DNA from: Candidatus Nealsonbacteria bacterium
GTDB lineage: Bacteria > Patescibacteriota > Minisyncoccia > Minisyncoccales > GWA2-38-27
Direction: 5' to 3'
Assembly (NCBI GenBank): GCA_030617105.1
Contig: JAUWWC010000003.1
Location: 1-57,222 of the forward strand
Length of the DNA: 57,222 nucleotides
Part shown: positions 1 to 9,991 of the stretch, piece after piece
How the letters are laid out: each line of letters starts with the position of its first letter
Position numbering within the stretch: position 1 is the stretch's first letter
Translations under genes and position numbers: made by a program
Notes under the pieces: generated by a model
Database searches by the model: none
What the model was told of the DNA's origin: nothing
Seen by the model: the letters and a program-made list of their open reading frames with translations, nothing else

Positions 1-53
1 CCAAAACCACGTTAAAGCAAATTGATTTATTAAATTAAAGAGAGATGCATCCA

Positions 54-764
54 TTAAATTAAATTCTTAAGCAGACAGGCGACGGTCATGGGACCAACGC
101 CGCCAGGGACTGGCGTAATATAGCTTGCTTTTTTGGAAACGGTTTTGAAATCAACATCTGCCCCAACATCAATCACTATTACTCCCTTTTTAACCATTTC
201 TCCTTTGATAAGATTTGGCTTGCCCACGCCAGAAATCACAATGTCAGCTTTTTTAATCTTATCAATATTTGAAAACTTTATCTTTTGCTTGTTTAACCAG
301 ATAGATAAAGGACGGCCAACTAATCTTCCTTTTCCAATTAAAACAATCTTTTTATGTTTTATAGATATCTTGTATTCTTTTAATAGACGCTCTACTGCGC
401 AAACAACTGGCGAAGAAATTTCAGCATTTTTTTCTGCAGGAATAAGATTTAGAATTTCTTCAGTATTAAATTTCTTGGGAAGAGGAAGTTGAATTACAAT
501 TCCTGAATTATTTGGATCTTGAGCAATTTTTATAATTTCTTTTTTAAGCTTAGCAGCGTTGATTGTTGAAGCAAACTTAAACAACTCAAAATCAATCCCT
601 ACTTTCTCACAGGCTTTCTGTTTCTGACGGATAAAAATTTCAGAGACCAGGTCTCTGCCAACCAAAACAATAGCTAATTTTAATCTCAGCTGCTTGTTTT
701 TTATTTCTTTCTTAAGACTGTTCAGAATCTTGTTAGATAACTTTTTCCCATCAAGAATTCTCAT
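54..764 (-). CDS. folD: Methylenetetrahydrofolate dehydrogenase/cyclohydrolase, shortened
   Basis: ILDGK start, GIVIQLPLP, IDVG and ITPVPGGVGPMTVA motifs; adjacent to glyA; lacks the KDVDG segment. Confidence 0.9.
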   Translation of the reverse strand: MRILDGKKLSNKILNSLKKEIKNKQLRLKLAIVLVGRDLVSEIFIRQKQKACEKVGIDFELFKFASTINAAKLKKEIIKIAQDPNNSGIVIQLPLPKKFNTEEILNLIPAEKNAEISSPVVCAVERLLKEYKISIKHKKIVLIGKGRLVGRPLSIWLNKQKIKFSNIDKIKKADIVISGVGKPNLIKGEMVKKGVIVIDVGADVDFKTVSKKASYITPVPGGVGPMTVACLLKNLI

Positions 765-2002
765 GGTAATGGAAATTTTTGGCAGAGTTTCTTAATCTCT
801 TGCCTGATTTCTGAACAAGGTTTTGAATTAGAAATTACTTCACTAACCCATGAAGCAATTTTCCGCATTTCTTTTTCTTTCATTCCCCGAGTTGTTATAG
901 CTGGCGTGCCTAAACGTATTCCTGAAGGATTAAAAGGAGGATTTGGGTCATAAGGAATCGTGTTCTTGTTAACAGTAATGCCAGCTTTCTCAAGACGATT
1001 CTGAGCCTCTTTTCCTGAAATTCCTTTATTCCTTAAATCAATCAAAATTAAATGATTATCTGTTCCTTTAGTAACTAAATCAAAACCATGCTTCAAAAGT
1101 TCAGAAGCTAATGTCTTGCAATTTTTCACAATCTGCCTTCCATATTTTTTAAACCCTGAGCTAGATGCTTCTTTTAAACAAACAGCGATAGCAGCAATAT
1201 TATTTTCATGAGGACCGCCCTGAAGACCAGGAAAAACTGCTTTATCAATTTTCTGAGCAAGCTCTGAATCCTTTTTCAATCCTTTTCTAGTTACCATTAT
1301 GATTCCACCACGAGGACCTCTTAAGGTCTTATGAGTAGTAGTCGTAACAATATGAACATGAGGAACTGGGCTGGGATGGACGCCAGCAACTATTAAGCCA
1401 GCGATATGAGCAATATCTGAAGCCAGATAAGCATTGACTGAATCTGCAATCTTGGTAAACTTTTTCCAGTCAAAAATCCGAGGATAAGCAGTGGCTCCAA
1501 CCCAAATAAGTTTTGGCTTTGCCTTTTTAGCTATTTTTTCTACTTTGTCATAATTAATTAAACTTGTCTTTTTATCAACTCCATACTGAACAGATTTAAA
1601 ATACTTGCCAGAAAAACTTACTTTCCATCCATGAGTTAAATGCCCGCCCTGAGGCAAAGACATTCCCATTATAGTATCTCCTGGCTTGCAAAGGGCGAAA
1701 TAAACTGCCTGGTTTGCTGGTGAACCAGAATAGGGCTGAACATTAACATGTGCAACTTTAAATAATTTCTTTGCTCTTTGCCTGCATATATCCTCAATCT
1801 TGTCATAATATTCCAAACCAGCATAATATCTTTTTTTAGGATATCCCTCAGCATATTTATCAGTTAAAACCGAACCCAAGGCCTCTCTCACAGCAGAAGA
1901 GGTATGATTTTCCGAAGGAATCATCTCAAGAGATGTCTTCTGTCTTTCTATCTCTTTGTCAATCAATTTTGCGATTTGTTCATCAACTTTTTTAAGCTTC
2001 AT
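761..2002 (-). CDS. glyA: Serine hydroxymethyltransferase
   Basis: SEN, KYAEGYPKKRYY, GGHLTHG, TTTTHKTLRGPRGG (PLP lysine) and SGIRLGT motifs. Confidence 0.98.
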   Translation of the reverse strand: MKLKKVDEQIAKLIDKEIERQKTSLEMIPSENHTSSAVREALGSVLTDKYAEGYPKKRYYAGLEYYDKIEDICRQRAKKLFKVAHVNVQPYSGSPANQAVYFALCKPGDTIMGMSLPQGGHLTHGWKVSFSGKYFKSVQYGVDKKTSLINYDKVEKIAKKAKPKLIWVGATAYPRIFDWKKFTKIADSVNAYLASDIAHIAGLIVAGVHPSPVPHVHIVTTTTHKTLRGPRGGIIMVTRKGLKKDSELAQKIDKAVFPGLQGGPHENNIAAIAVCLKEASSSGFKKYGRQIVKNCKTLASELLKHGFDLVTKGTDNHLILIDLRNKGISGKEAQNRLEKAGITVNKNTIPYDPNPPFNPSGIRLGTPAITTRGMKEKEMRKIASWVSEVISNSKPCSEIRQEIKKLCQKFPLP

Positions 2003-2044
2003 TATTTTATTCTATTCCATTTTCCGCATTTGGTCAAAATAAAA

Positions 2045-2068
2045 AAGCCTGCGAATGCCTTGCAGGCT
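2045..2068 (-). terminator. Intrinsic terminator of the 2067-2336 cassette
   Basis: agcctgc...gcaggct inverted repeat followed by a T-run on the minus strand. Confidence 0.6.
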
Positions 2069-2336
2069 ATGTTGAAATTAGAAGTCCTATGGCTCGTGAA
2101 GGAGGTCCTTCATGTTTTTTATGCCGACAAACAATTACATGAGACGCCTTTAAGTGAAAGAGGCTATGTACTAAGGGCCGCTCTGGAACAATTATTTGTT
2201 CCCATTCAGTATTGCAATGACGGCACTTTCGGAATGTTCCATCCATTACCATACGTATGCTCTGTTTTGGCGAAGGATGAGGCCTAGTGATTCTTCCACA
2301 TATCCTACACTCAATAACGAACGGTGTAAATATCAT
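2067..2336 (-). CDS. Hypothetical zinc-ribbon protein
   Basis: CRIC and CRHC pairs; AGGAG SD; TTGACA at 2399-2404; downstream hairpin. Confidence 0.7.
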   Translation of the reverse strand: MIFTPFVIECRICGRITRPHPSPKQSIRMVMDGTFRKCRHCNTEWEQIIVPERPLVHSLFHLKASHVIVCRHKKHEGPPSRAIGLLIST

Positions 2337-2400
2337 ATCAGTCTCCTATTTATATAAATGTAAATGTGCACCTATCTTTATATCACATCTCTTTTTATTG

Positions 2401-3771
2401 TCAAGGTCTTAAGATTTCTGGTTTCTTTTTGGTGAGGTTAATTACAAGTGAAGGAGTGCTTTTCGGCAAGTTGCCAGCATTCAGAATTAAATCTGGTTTA
2501 GTTTCGTGTTCCTCAAACTGCTCTAAAATTTCCTGAATTTTGAGCAAAGGGCCTTTACCAGCAATATTAGCTGAAGTACTTGTTAATGGCTTTTTTATTT
2601 TCTTAATTATTTCATTAACCAACTTATAATCTGGAATTCTCAAACCAATTGTCTCTTCCCTGCCAAATAATATTTTTGATAAACCGCACCTCTCCTTTCT
2701 TTTTAAAACCACTGTTATTTTCCCTGGCCAAACTTCTCGTAAAAAGTGTTCCTGTTTTTCATCTATTATTGCTAACTTCTTTGCCATTTCAATGTCTTTG
2801 ACAAAAATAGGGATTGGTTTTTTCTTATCTCTTCCTTTTATTGCAAAAATCTTCTCTATTGCTTTATCATTAGCAGCATCAGCTAAGAGACCATAGACAG
2901 TGTCTGTGGGGGAAACTATGACCTGTCCCCTTTCAAGATATTCTACTGATTTCTTAACCACATCTCTTGCCCGATAAGACATAAGCTCAAAATGCCTGTG
3001 CTGCCAGAAAAGCTTTTTAAACTTTTTAAAAGACCTTAAAAAATAAGAGACCTTTATTATATCTGCTGGATTGCCAAAATCAAGCCAAAAATCTTGAATC
3101 TTCTGAATTTTCATCTTCTTTTCTCTGGCTAAAAGGTTTATAGCATCAGTAATTTCATATTCACCTCTGGGAGATTTGGTAATTTTGCTAATCTTTCCAA
3201 AAACATCAGAAGTAAATTTGTAAAGTCCAGCATTAACTATATTTCCAATAAACTCTTTTGGCTTCTCAACAACTTTCTTTAAAAGTCCGTTATCTTCAAC
3301 AAGAACGCCGTACTTTTCAGGATTTTTGTGATAAATCCCAGCAACATAGCTGTATTTCCCTTTAATATTTATTGCTTTCAAATCTCTTACTGAATAAAGA
3401 TTATCTCCGCAAAGATAAAGAAATTGGCTTTTTCCAACAATATCTTTTACGCATTTTAAAGGACAGGCCGTGCCATACATTTTATCCTTAGGACCTAAAA
3501 TCTCATACTGGCTCACCATCTTTATTTTATACTGGCTTTTCCTCAAACTCTTCAGAGGCGGATTATATGTTTTTAAAAATTCCTCTACTAACTCTTCTTT
3601 AAAACCAGTCACTAAAATTAAATCTCTATAACCTGCTAAAAAAAGATTATCTAACAAATATGCTAAAAAGGGTCTTTTCTTGACCCTAATAAGGTGCTTG
3701 GATTTTTCTTTAGTAAGATGAAGCATACGGGTCCCTTGACCCGCTGCTGCAATAACTACTTTTTTAACCAT
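2401..3771 (-). CDS. tsaC: Fusion of a sugar-nucleotidyltransferase domain and a TsaC/Sua5 threonylcarbamoyl-AMP synthase domain
   Basis: N-terminal AAGQGTRM...EKP...RGEYEITD; C-terminal PTDTVYGL, KGR...KP and STSAN motifs. Confidence 0.88.
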   Translation of the reverse strand: MVKKVVIAAAGQGTRMLHLTKEKSKHLIRVKKRPFLAYLLDNLFLAGYRDLILVTGFKEELVEEFLKTYNPPLKSLRKSQYKIKMVSQYEILGPKDKMYGTACPLKCVKDIVGKSQFLYLCGDNLYSVRDLKAINIKGKYSYVAGIYHKNPEKYGVLVEDNGLLKKVVEKPKEFIGNIVNAGLYKFTSDVFGKISKITKSPRGEYEITDAINLLAREKKMKIQKIQDFWLDFGNPADIIKVSYFLRSFKKFKKLFWQHRHFELMSYRARDVVKKSVEYLERGQVIVSPTDTVYGLLADAANDKAIEKIFAIKGRDKKKPIPIFVKDIEMAKKLAIIDEKQEHFLREVWPGKITVVLKRKERCGLSKILFGREETIGLRIPDYKLVNEIIKKIKKPLTSTSANIAGKGPLLKIQEILEQFEEHETKPDLILNAGNLPKSTPSLVINLTKKKPEILRP

Positions 3772-4348
3772 GTTTAAAGCCAGGCTTTGCTGCTAATTCA
3801 AAGGCTTTTTTGTTTAAGTCAAGGTATTTTTCAGGGACAATTTTAGTAATGGCTTTTAAAATTGAATTGGGCTTCAGAGGAATTAATTTTTTATGAACTG
3901 CGTAACTTAAAAGATAAATTCCTGAAACCACTTCTTTGCCTAATTCTTTCTGGCAAATTTCAGAAGCAGGAATTATTTTAGGGTTTTTTGTTATGGTTTT
4001 CAATTTTCTTAAAATCTCTTTTTCTTTAGGACTACCAGGAAAAGAAAGCGTAAATTTATTAACTAAAAAGATAGTCTTTGAATTAGCATAAAAGAACGCT
4101 CTTAAACTCTCCAAAGTTTCCAAGCCCAAAATTAAATCAGCTGAACCCAAAGCAACTAATGGAGAATATACCTTTTCCCCAAACCTTATATGGGTCTCCA
4201 CTTCACCTCCTCGTTGAGATAATCCGTGCAATTCGGACGTCTTTATATCATACACCTCAATTAAAGCTGCCTCAGCTATAATCTGGGTTAATGTAATCAA
4301 TCCTTGTCCTCCAGTTCCTGAAATAATTATATTAAAAGTTTCTGGCAT
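3764..4348 (-). CDS. iorB: Indolepyruvate ferredoxin oxidoreductase beta subunit
   Basis: GTGGQG, SELHGLSQRGG and N..AF motifs; follows iorA. Confidence 0.9.
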   Translation of the reverse strand: MPETFNIIISGTGGQGLITLTQIIAEAALIEVYDIKTSELHGLSQRGGEVETHIRFGEKVYSPLVALGSADLILGLETLESLRAFFYANSKTIFLVNKFTLSFPGSPKEKEILRKLKTITKNPKIIPASEICQKELGKEVVSGIYLLSYAVHKKLIPLKPNSILKAITKIVPEKYLDLNKKAFELAAKPGFKHG

Positions 4349-4349
4349 A

Positions 4350-5966
4350 TTACTTCTTGCGTTTTAATCTTTTTGCCCAATAAGCGCACATTCTCCGAGC
4401 AACAATTACTGAAACCTCTTTTTTGTTTAAAAATTCTTTAATTGTATTTTGAAGCTCTTTAATGTTTATTGGATCAATAACCTTTATATTCTTAACCCCG
4501 CAAGCTTTGGCAACCTCATCAATCTTTATTTCCTCAGTGGGCTCGCCCATTCCAGTCTGTCCAACGCCTGGATGAGTTTGATGACCAGTCATTGCTGTAA
4601 TCCGATTATCCATCACAATAATCAAAGGGTTTGATTTATTAAAAACAGTATTGATTAAAGCAGGAATTCCAGCATGAAAAAAGGTTGAGTCGCCAATCAA
4701 AGTAATCAACTTCTGACCGCTCCCCTTTTTAATACCGTGGGCTATGCCAATAGAAGAACCCATGCAAGAAAGATAATCCTGAAGATTATGAGGAGGGAAA
4801 CCAGCTAACATATAACAGCCAATGTCGCCGCCAAAGATTGTTCCCTTAGGAGCTGCTTTTTTAATAGCGGAAAATACAAACCAATAAGAACAATTAGGGC
4901 AGAGTCTGGGAAATCTCTTAGGAACATTCAAAGAAGAAGATTTTGGAATTCTGTATTGCTTGCCAGATAATTTTGCTACAGCTAAGCCAACTTTCTCTGT
5001 ATTTAATTCTCTAACTTCAGGCAAAACATCTTTTCCTAAAATCTGAAGTTTTGGATTATTTTCCTTGGCTAAGGCCTTAATCTCTTTTTCTAAAAATGGC
5101 TCCAGTTCTTCCACAATCAAGACTTTCTTAAGTCCTTTGATAAAGTTTTTAATCTTTTTCTCTGGCAAAGGATAGAAAAAAGCAAGCTTTAAAACCGGGA
5201 TATTCATTTTAAACTCTTTAAGAACTTCCATCACATACAAATAAGAAATCCCCGAGGTTATAATCCCAAGCTTATCCGAGGCCCGTCCTTGGATAATTCC
5301 AGTTTTTTCAGCGAATTCTCTAATTCTCTCTATCTTGTCCAAAAGTTCCTCTTTCATTTCCAAAACCCTAGGCGGCATAGTAACGAATCTATTAACATCT
5401 TTAACAAATCTTCCTGTAGTTTTAGACCTCTTTATTTTACCTATTTCCACCGGCATTTTCTGATGAGCTATCCTGGTAGTTGTCCTAACTATCACTGGAA
5501 TATTGAACTTCTCTGAAACCTTAAAACCTAATTTTACAAACTCCTTTGCTTCTTGAGCATCTGATGGCTCTAATATTGGGATATGAGCTAAATAAGCAAA
5601 AGCCCTACTGTTTTCTTCTGATTGGCCAGAGCTCCAACAAGAAGGATCATCAGCTACTATTATTACTGTAGGTCCTTTAGTGCCGGTATAAACGAAAGGG
5701 AGCAAAGCATCTGAAGCCACGTTCAAGCCAAAGTTCTTCATAGCTACCAAGCATTTCAATCCAGAAAAACTGGCTCCAACAGCAGCTTCCAAGGCCACTT
5801 TCTCATTTGTTGAAAACTCAAAGTAAATACCGTGCTTTTTAGCTATCTTGCCAAAAATAATACCGATTTCTGAACTAGGCGTACCAGGATAAGCTGATAC
5901 AAAATCCACCCCTGCTTCCAGAGCCCCCTGCACAATCGCCTCATTGCCTAATAGTATTTTTTTCAT
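4350..5966 (-). CDS. iorA: Indolepyruvate ferredoxin oxidoreductase alpha subunit, no C-terminal ferredoxin domain
   Basis: LGNEAI, YPGTPSSEI, NEKVA, DIGCY and GDSTFFHAG...DN TPP motifs. Confidence 0.92.
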   Translation of the reverse strand: MKKILLGNEAIVQGALEAGVDFVSAYPGTPSSEIGIIFGKIAKKHGIYFEFSTNEKVALEAAVGASFSGLKCLVAMKNFGLNVASDALLPFVYTGTKGPTVIIVADDPSCWSSGQSEENSRAFAYLAHIPILEPSDAQEAKEFVKLGFKVSEKFNIPVIVRTTTRIAHQKMPVEIGKIKRSKTTGRFVKDVNRFVTMPPRVLEMKEELLDKIERIREFAEKTGIIQGRASDKLGIITSGISYLYVMEVLKEFKMNIPVLKLAFFYPLPEKKIKNFIKGLKKVLIVEELEPFLEKEIKALAKENNPKLQILGKDVLPEVRELNTEKVGLAVAKLSGKQYRIPKSSSLNVPKRFPRLCPNCSYWFVFSAIKKAAPKGTIFGGDIGCYMLAGFPPHNLQDYLSCMGSSIGIAHGIKKGSGQKLITLIGDSTFFHAGIPALINTVFNKSNPLIIVMDNRITAMTGHQTHPGVGQTGMGEPTEEIKIDEVAKACGVKNIKVIDPINIKELQNTIKEFLNKKEVSVIVARRMCAYWAKRLKRKK

Positions 5967-8362
5967 ATAACAAAGTTTATTAGTTTGCCAGAGATAAATA
6001 TTGTTTTTTTAATCTCTTTGCCTCTTGTATATTTTAGCACTTTGTCTCGCGATAAAGCAATTTTCTTAGCTTCTTTTTCTGAAATATCAGCTTCAACTTC
6101 TATTTTATCACGAACCTTGCCATTAATCTGAATAACTAAAGTAATCTTTTTTTCTTTAACCAATTTTGAATCATATTTTGGCCATTTCTGCTCACAGCAC
6201 ATTCCTTTAAATCCTGCTCTCTCCCAAAGCTCCTCTGTTATATGCGGAGCAAAAGGACTTAATAGAATTAAGAATAATGAATAATCTTTTTCAGAAATCT
6301 CTTTTTGCTTTTCTAATCCATTAGCTAAAATCATTAAAGCAGAAACAGCAGTATTAAACTTCAGATTCTCAATATCTTCTGAAACTTTTTTAATTGTCTT
6401 GTGAATTAATTTTGGATTTTGGATTTTGGCATTTGGGTTTTGGATTTTTTCAGAAAGTTGCCAAACTTTCTGGAGGAATCTTCTAACTCCCTTGACTCCT
6501 TTAGTGTCCCAGGGAATCATCTGTTCAAAAGGACCCATAAACATTTCATAAATTCTCATAGCATCAGCTCCATGTTCTTTTATAACTTGTTCAGGATTAA
6601 TGACATTACCTTTTGACTTAGACATCTTAATTCCTCCCTCACCAAGAACTATTCCATGAGAAGTCCTTTTTTTATATGGTTCTGGCCCAACTCCTCTTGG
6701 TACAGCTCCAATATCCCATAAGAATTTATAAATAAATCGAGAATACAATAAATGCAAAGTAGTATGTTCCATCCCTCCATTATACCAATCCACTGGCATC
6801 CATTTTTCAAGGAGCTTAGCTCCTGCTAACTTCTTATCATTTTGAGAATCGCAATAACGAAGATAGTACCAATTAGAACCAGCCCAGTTTGGCATCACAT
6901 CTGTTTCCCGACGGCCGGCATTGCCGCACTCAGGACAAGCTACTTTTATCCAAGTTTTAACTTTTGCTAAAGGCGACTCACCGCTCTTGGTTGGTTTGTA
7001 TCCCTTAACCTTTGGCAATTCCACTGGCAAATCTTTTTCAGGAACTGGCTGCCAGCCGCACTTCTCGCATTTTATCATTGGTATTGGCTCGCCCCAATAC
7101 CTCTGTCTGGAAAAAATCCAATCCCTCAACCTATAATGAACCGCTGTCTTAGCAGAACCTTTTCTAGTCAACCATTCAGTTATCCTTTGTTTGGCTTGTT
7201 CTGACTTCATTCCAGTAAATCTGCCAGAATTAATTAAAATGCCTTCTCCTTCATAAGCTTGTTTTGAGGGATCATATTTAGAATCTTTTGGCTTGATAAC
7301 TTCAATAATAGGAAGATTATATCTTTTAGCAAAATCAAAATCACGCTGATCATGACCTGGCACAGCCATTATAGCGCCTGTGCCATAATGCATTAAAACA
7401 TAATCAGCTATAAAAATAGGGATTTTTCTGTTATTAACCGGGTTTGTGGCTTTAATGCCTTTTAATTCTATACCTGTTTTTTCTTTATCTTCTGCAATTC
7501 TTTCTTTCTCTATCTTCTTTTTTGATTTTTCAATATAATCTTTAACTTGTTTATAATTTCTAATTTTATGTTTAAGCTTTTCAATCAATGGATGCTCTGG
7601 AGCTAATACTAAATATGTACAGCCAAACAAAGTATCAGGCCTGGTAGTAAACACGGGAATTGGAAACTTTATCTCAGCTCCCTCGCTTCTTCCTATCCAT
7701 TCTTTTTGAGAAATCTTAACTCTTTCTGGATAATCAACCTTATCTAAGTCCTGAATTAACCTGTCAGCATATTTTGTAATCTTCAAGAACCATTGTTCTC
7801 TTTCTTTTCTTGTTGCCTTTTTCCCGCAGCGCTCGCATTTCCCGTCAATAACCTCTTCATTTGCTAAACCAATTTTGCAGGATGGACACCAATTAATCGG
7901 CATTTTAGCTTTGTAGGCCAGACCTTTTTTAAATAATTGAATAAATATCCATTGAGTCCATTTATAATATAATGGGTCAGTGGTATTAATCTCTCTTTTC
8001 CAATCAAAAGAAAGACCCAGATTTTTCTGCTGACGTTTGAAATTAGTTGTATTTTTCTTAGTGGCAATTGCTGGATGAATACCGGTTTTAATAGCATAGT
8101 TTTCAGTAGGCAGACCAAAAGCATCCCAGCCCATTGGAAACAAAACATTAAAACCCTGCATTCTTCTTTTCCGAGCTAAAATGTCTAAACCAATATAGCT
8201 TCTACAATGGCCAACATGAAGTCCTTCACCAGAAGGATAAGGAAACTCCACCAAAACATAATATTTTGGCTTTTTTGATTTATCTAAAGCTCTAAAAACA
8301 TCCATCTCCTCCCATATTTTCTGCCACTTTTTCTCAATTTTCTCTGGTCTATACTTTTCCAT
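5963..8362 (-). CDS. leuS: Leucine-tRNA ligase
   Basis: FPYPSG.GLHVGH, FTTRPDT and KMSKSKGN motifs; VIQINGKVR C-terminus. Confidence 0.98.
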   Translation of the reverse strand: MEKYRPEKIEKKWQKIWEEMDVFRALDKSKKPKYYVLVEFPYPSGEGLHVGHCRSYIGLDILARKRRMQGFNVLFPMGWDAFGLPTENYAIKTGIHPAIATKKNTTNFKRQQKNLGLSFDWKREINTTDPLYYKWTQWIFIQLFKKGLAYKAKMPINWCPSCKIGLANEEVIDGKCERCGKKATRKEREQWFLKITKYADRLIQDLDKVDYPERVKISQKEWIGRSEGAEIKFPIPVFTTRPDTLFGCTYLVLAPEHPLIEKLKHKIRNYKQVKDYIEKSKKKIEKERIAEDKEKTGIELKGIKATNPVNNRKIPIFIADYVLMHYGTGAIMAVPGHDQRDFDFAKRYNLPIIEVIKPKDSKYDPSKQAYEGEGILINSGRFTGMKSEQAKQRITEWLTRKGSAKTAVHYRLRDWIFSRQRYWGEPIPMIKCEKCGWQPVPEKDLPVELPKVKGYKPTKSGESPLAKVKTWIKVACPECGNAGRRETDVMPNWAGSNWYYLRYCDSQNDKKLAGAKLLEKWMPVDWYNGGMEHTTLHLLYSRFIYKFLWDIGAVPRGVGPEPYKKRTSHGIVLGEGGIKMSKSKGNVINPEQVIKEHGADAMRIYEMFMGPFEQMIPWDTKGVKGVRRFLQKVWQLSEKIQNPNAKIQNPKLIHKTIKKVSEDIENLKFNTAVSALMILANGLEKQKEISEKDYSLFLILLSPFAPHITEELWERAGFKGMCCEQKWPKYDSKLVKEKKITLVIQINGKVRDKIEVEADISEKEAKKIALSRDKVLKYTRGKEIKKTIFISGKLINFVI

Positions 8363-8391
8363 GCTTAATTCTTAATCATACCATAAATTTT

Positions 8392-9138
8392 TTAAATTCT
8401 GAATAAATTTCTGGCGTTTTGGGAGGTAGTTTGAGCGACTTTTTGAAAATCTATATCCTTTATCTTAGCAATGTCCTGGACAATGTATTTTATAAAAACT
8501 GGTTCGTTGCGCTCAACTCCTGCTTGCAAGGGCGTAAGATAAGGACAATCGGTTTCTATTAGAATTTTATCCAAAGGAGTTTTCTTAATCACCTCTTTCA
8601 AATCAAACTTATACATTATTCCATTGATTCCTAAATAAAACCTCATATCTAAATATTCCTTTGCCTGTTTCCAAGTTCCAGTGAAACAGTGAATTACTCC
8701 TGAAGTCTGATTTTCTCTCAAAATCTCCAACAAATCATTATGGGCTTTTCGGCAATGAAAAATCACTGGCAAGTTTAATTCTTTAGCCAAATTTAATTGT
8801 TGTAAAAAAACTTCTTTTTGCTTTTCTTTAAATAATCCATAATCTTTAAAATAATCAAGTCCAATCTCGCCTATTGCAACTATTTTATCAGATTGGCATA
8901 AACTTCTATACTTTGAAGCATTAAAGTTTTCATCTTTTACATGAATAGGATGAAGACCAATTGCTGCATAAATTCCCTTCTCATATCTCTCTGCAATTTC
9001 TACTGCTTTTTTGCTTGTCTCATAGTTTGAACCAACATTTATTATCCAAACATCCTCAGCCAAAGAACGTTTGATAACTTCATCAAAGTCGCTCCTAAAA
9101 TCATTAAAATTAAGATGCGCGTGAGTATCAATTAGCAT
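8392..9138 (-). CDS. tatD: TatD family nuclease
   Basis: DTHAH, GLHP, GEIGLDY, HCF and ETDCPYL motifs. Confidence 0.95.
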   Translation of the reverse strand: MLIDTHAHLNFNDFRSDFDEVIKRSLAEDVWIINVGSNYETSKKAVEIAERYEKGIYAAIGLHPIHVKDENFNASKYRSLCQSDKIVAIGEIGLDYFKDYGLFKEKQKEVFLQQLNLAKELNLPVIFHCRKAHNDLLEILRENQTSGVIHCFTGTWKQAKEYLDMRFYLGINGIMYKFDLKEVIKKTPLDKILIETDCPYLTPLQAGVERNEPVFIKYIVQDIAKIKDIDFQKVAQTTSQNARNLFRI

Positions 9139-9194
9139 AATACTATCTTACCTCTTTTTTTGTTTCAATTTCAAGTATTAAAAAAGGGATGGCA

Positions 9195-9857
9195 TTAAAC
9201 CACCCCTAACAAGTTTTGAGTTCTTTGGAACAAATTAATTGCCTGATTTTTACTAAATTCTCTGTCTGATTTAACGACTCTTAAAAATTCCATAACTTCT
9301 TTAAGCAGGGGCTCTCCCTTCTCCACCAATAAATGAGCAAAAGTAATTGGAAGAAATTCAGGGTTGCTTTGGTAATAGTTAGCGAATTCATGATAACTAC
9401 AAGCAAAGGAAAGATGAATTAAGGCAGAAGATAAATTGCGCTTATTTCCCTTTTGGTCATAAATTTCCAGACGGTTGAAGGCATTTTTTAATCTTTGCTG
9501 GGCTTTTTGCTGAAGAAACTGAATTGCTTCTGCTGATACTGGTAAAAACAATATAGTGTTACTTCTTAGTTCGCTAAATTCTACTTTTTTTGTTTTATCA
9601 TCTGACAATAATAAACCAGTTATAATAGGGTCAGTGATTATGGGGTCAAACAGTTTCCGTCTTCTTTCAAATTCGCCCTTACCAATCATCAAAATATCTA
9701 ATCTTGACGGCTCATAAAGACGAGCTTTGGTTTCTCTTTCTAATACAGCCAATAAATCAATGTCATCACCTAGCCAATCGCCATATCGTATCAGAAACTT
9801 AATATCTTTTGGATTGATTTTTCCATTTACTCTCTGAATAATCTCTCTTTTATTCAT
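9195..9857 (-). CDS. Hypothetical protein, possible minimal nucleotidyltransferase plus helical domain
   Basis: YGDWLGDDIDLLAV resembles the hG(S)..DxD motif; AAGGAG SD; TTGACA-17-TAAAGT promoter with -35 at 9942-9947. Confidence 0.65.
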   Translation of the reverse strand: MNKREIIQRVNGKINPKDIKFLIRYGDWLGDDIDLLAVLERETKARLYEPSRLDILMIGKGEFERRRKLFDPIITDPIITGLLLSDDKTKKVEFSELRSNTILFLPVSAEAIQFLQQKAQQRLKNAFNRLEIYDQKGNKRNLSSALIHLSFACSYHEFANYYQSNPEFLPITFAHLLVEKGEPLLKEVMEFLRVVKSDREFSKNQAINLFQRTQNLLGVV

Positions 9858-9991
9858 CTTATTATCTCCTTGTTATTTGTCCAATTATACAATTTTAAAG
9901 AAACTGTTCTTCTAACATACTTTACCAAACTCATAAACTTCTGTCAAGAAAAAAAGCGCCTCACAAAAAATGAAGCGCATTTCAATGATTT

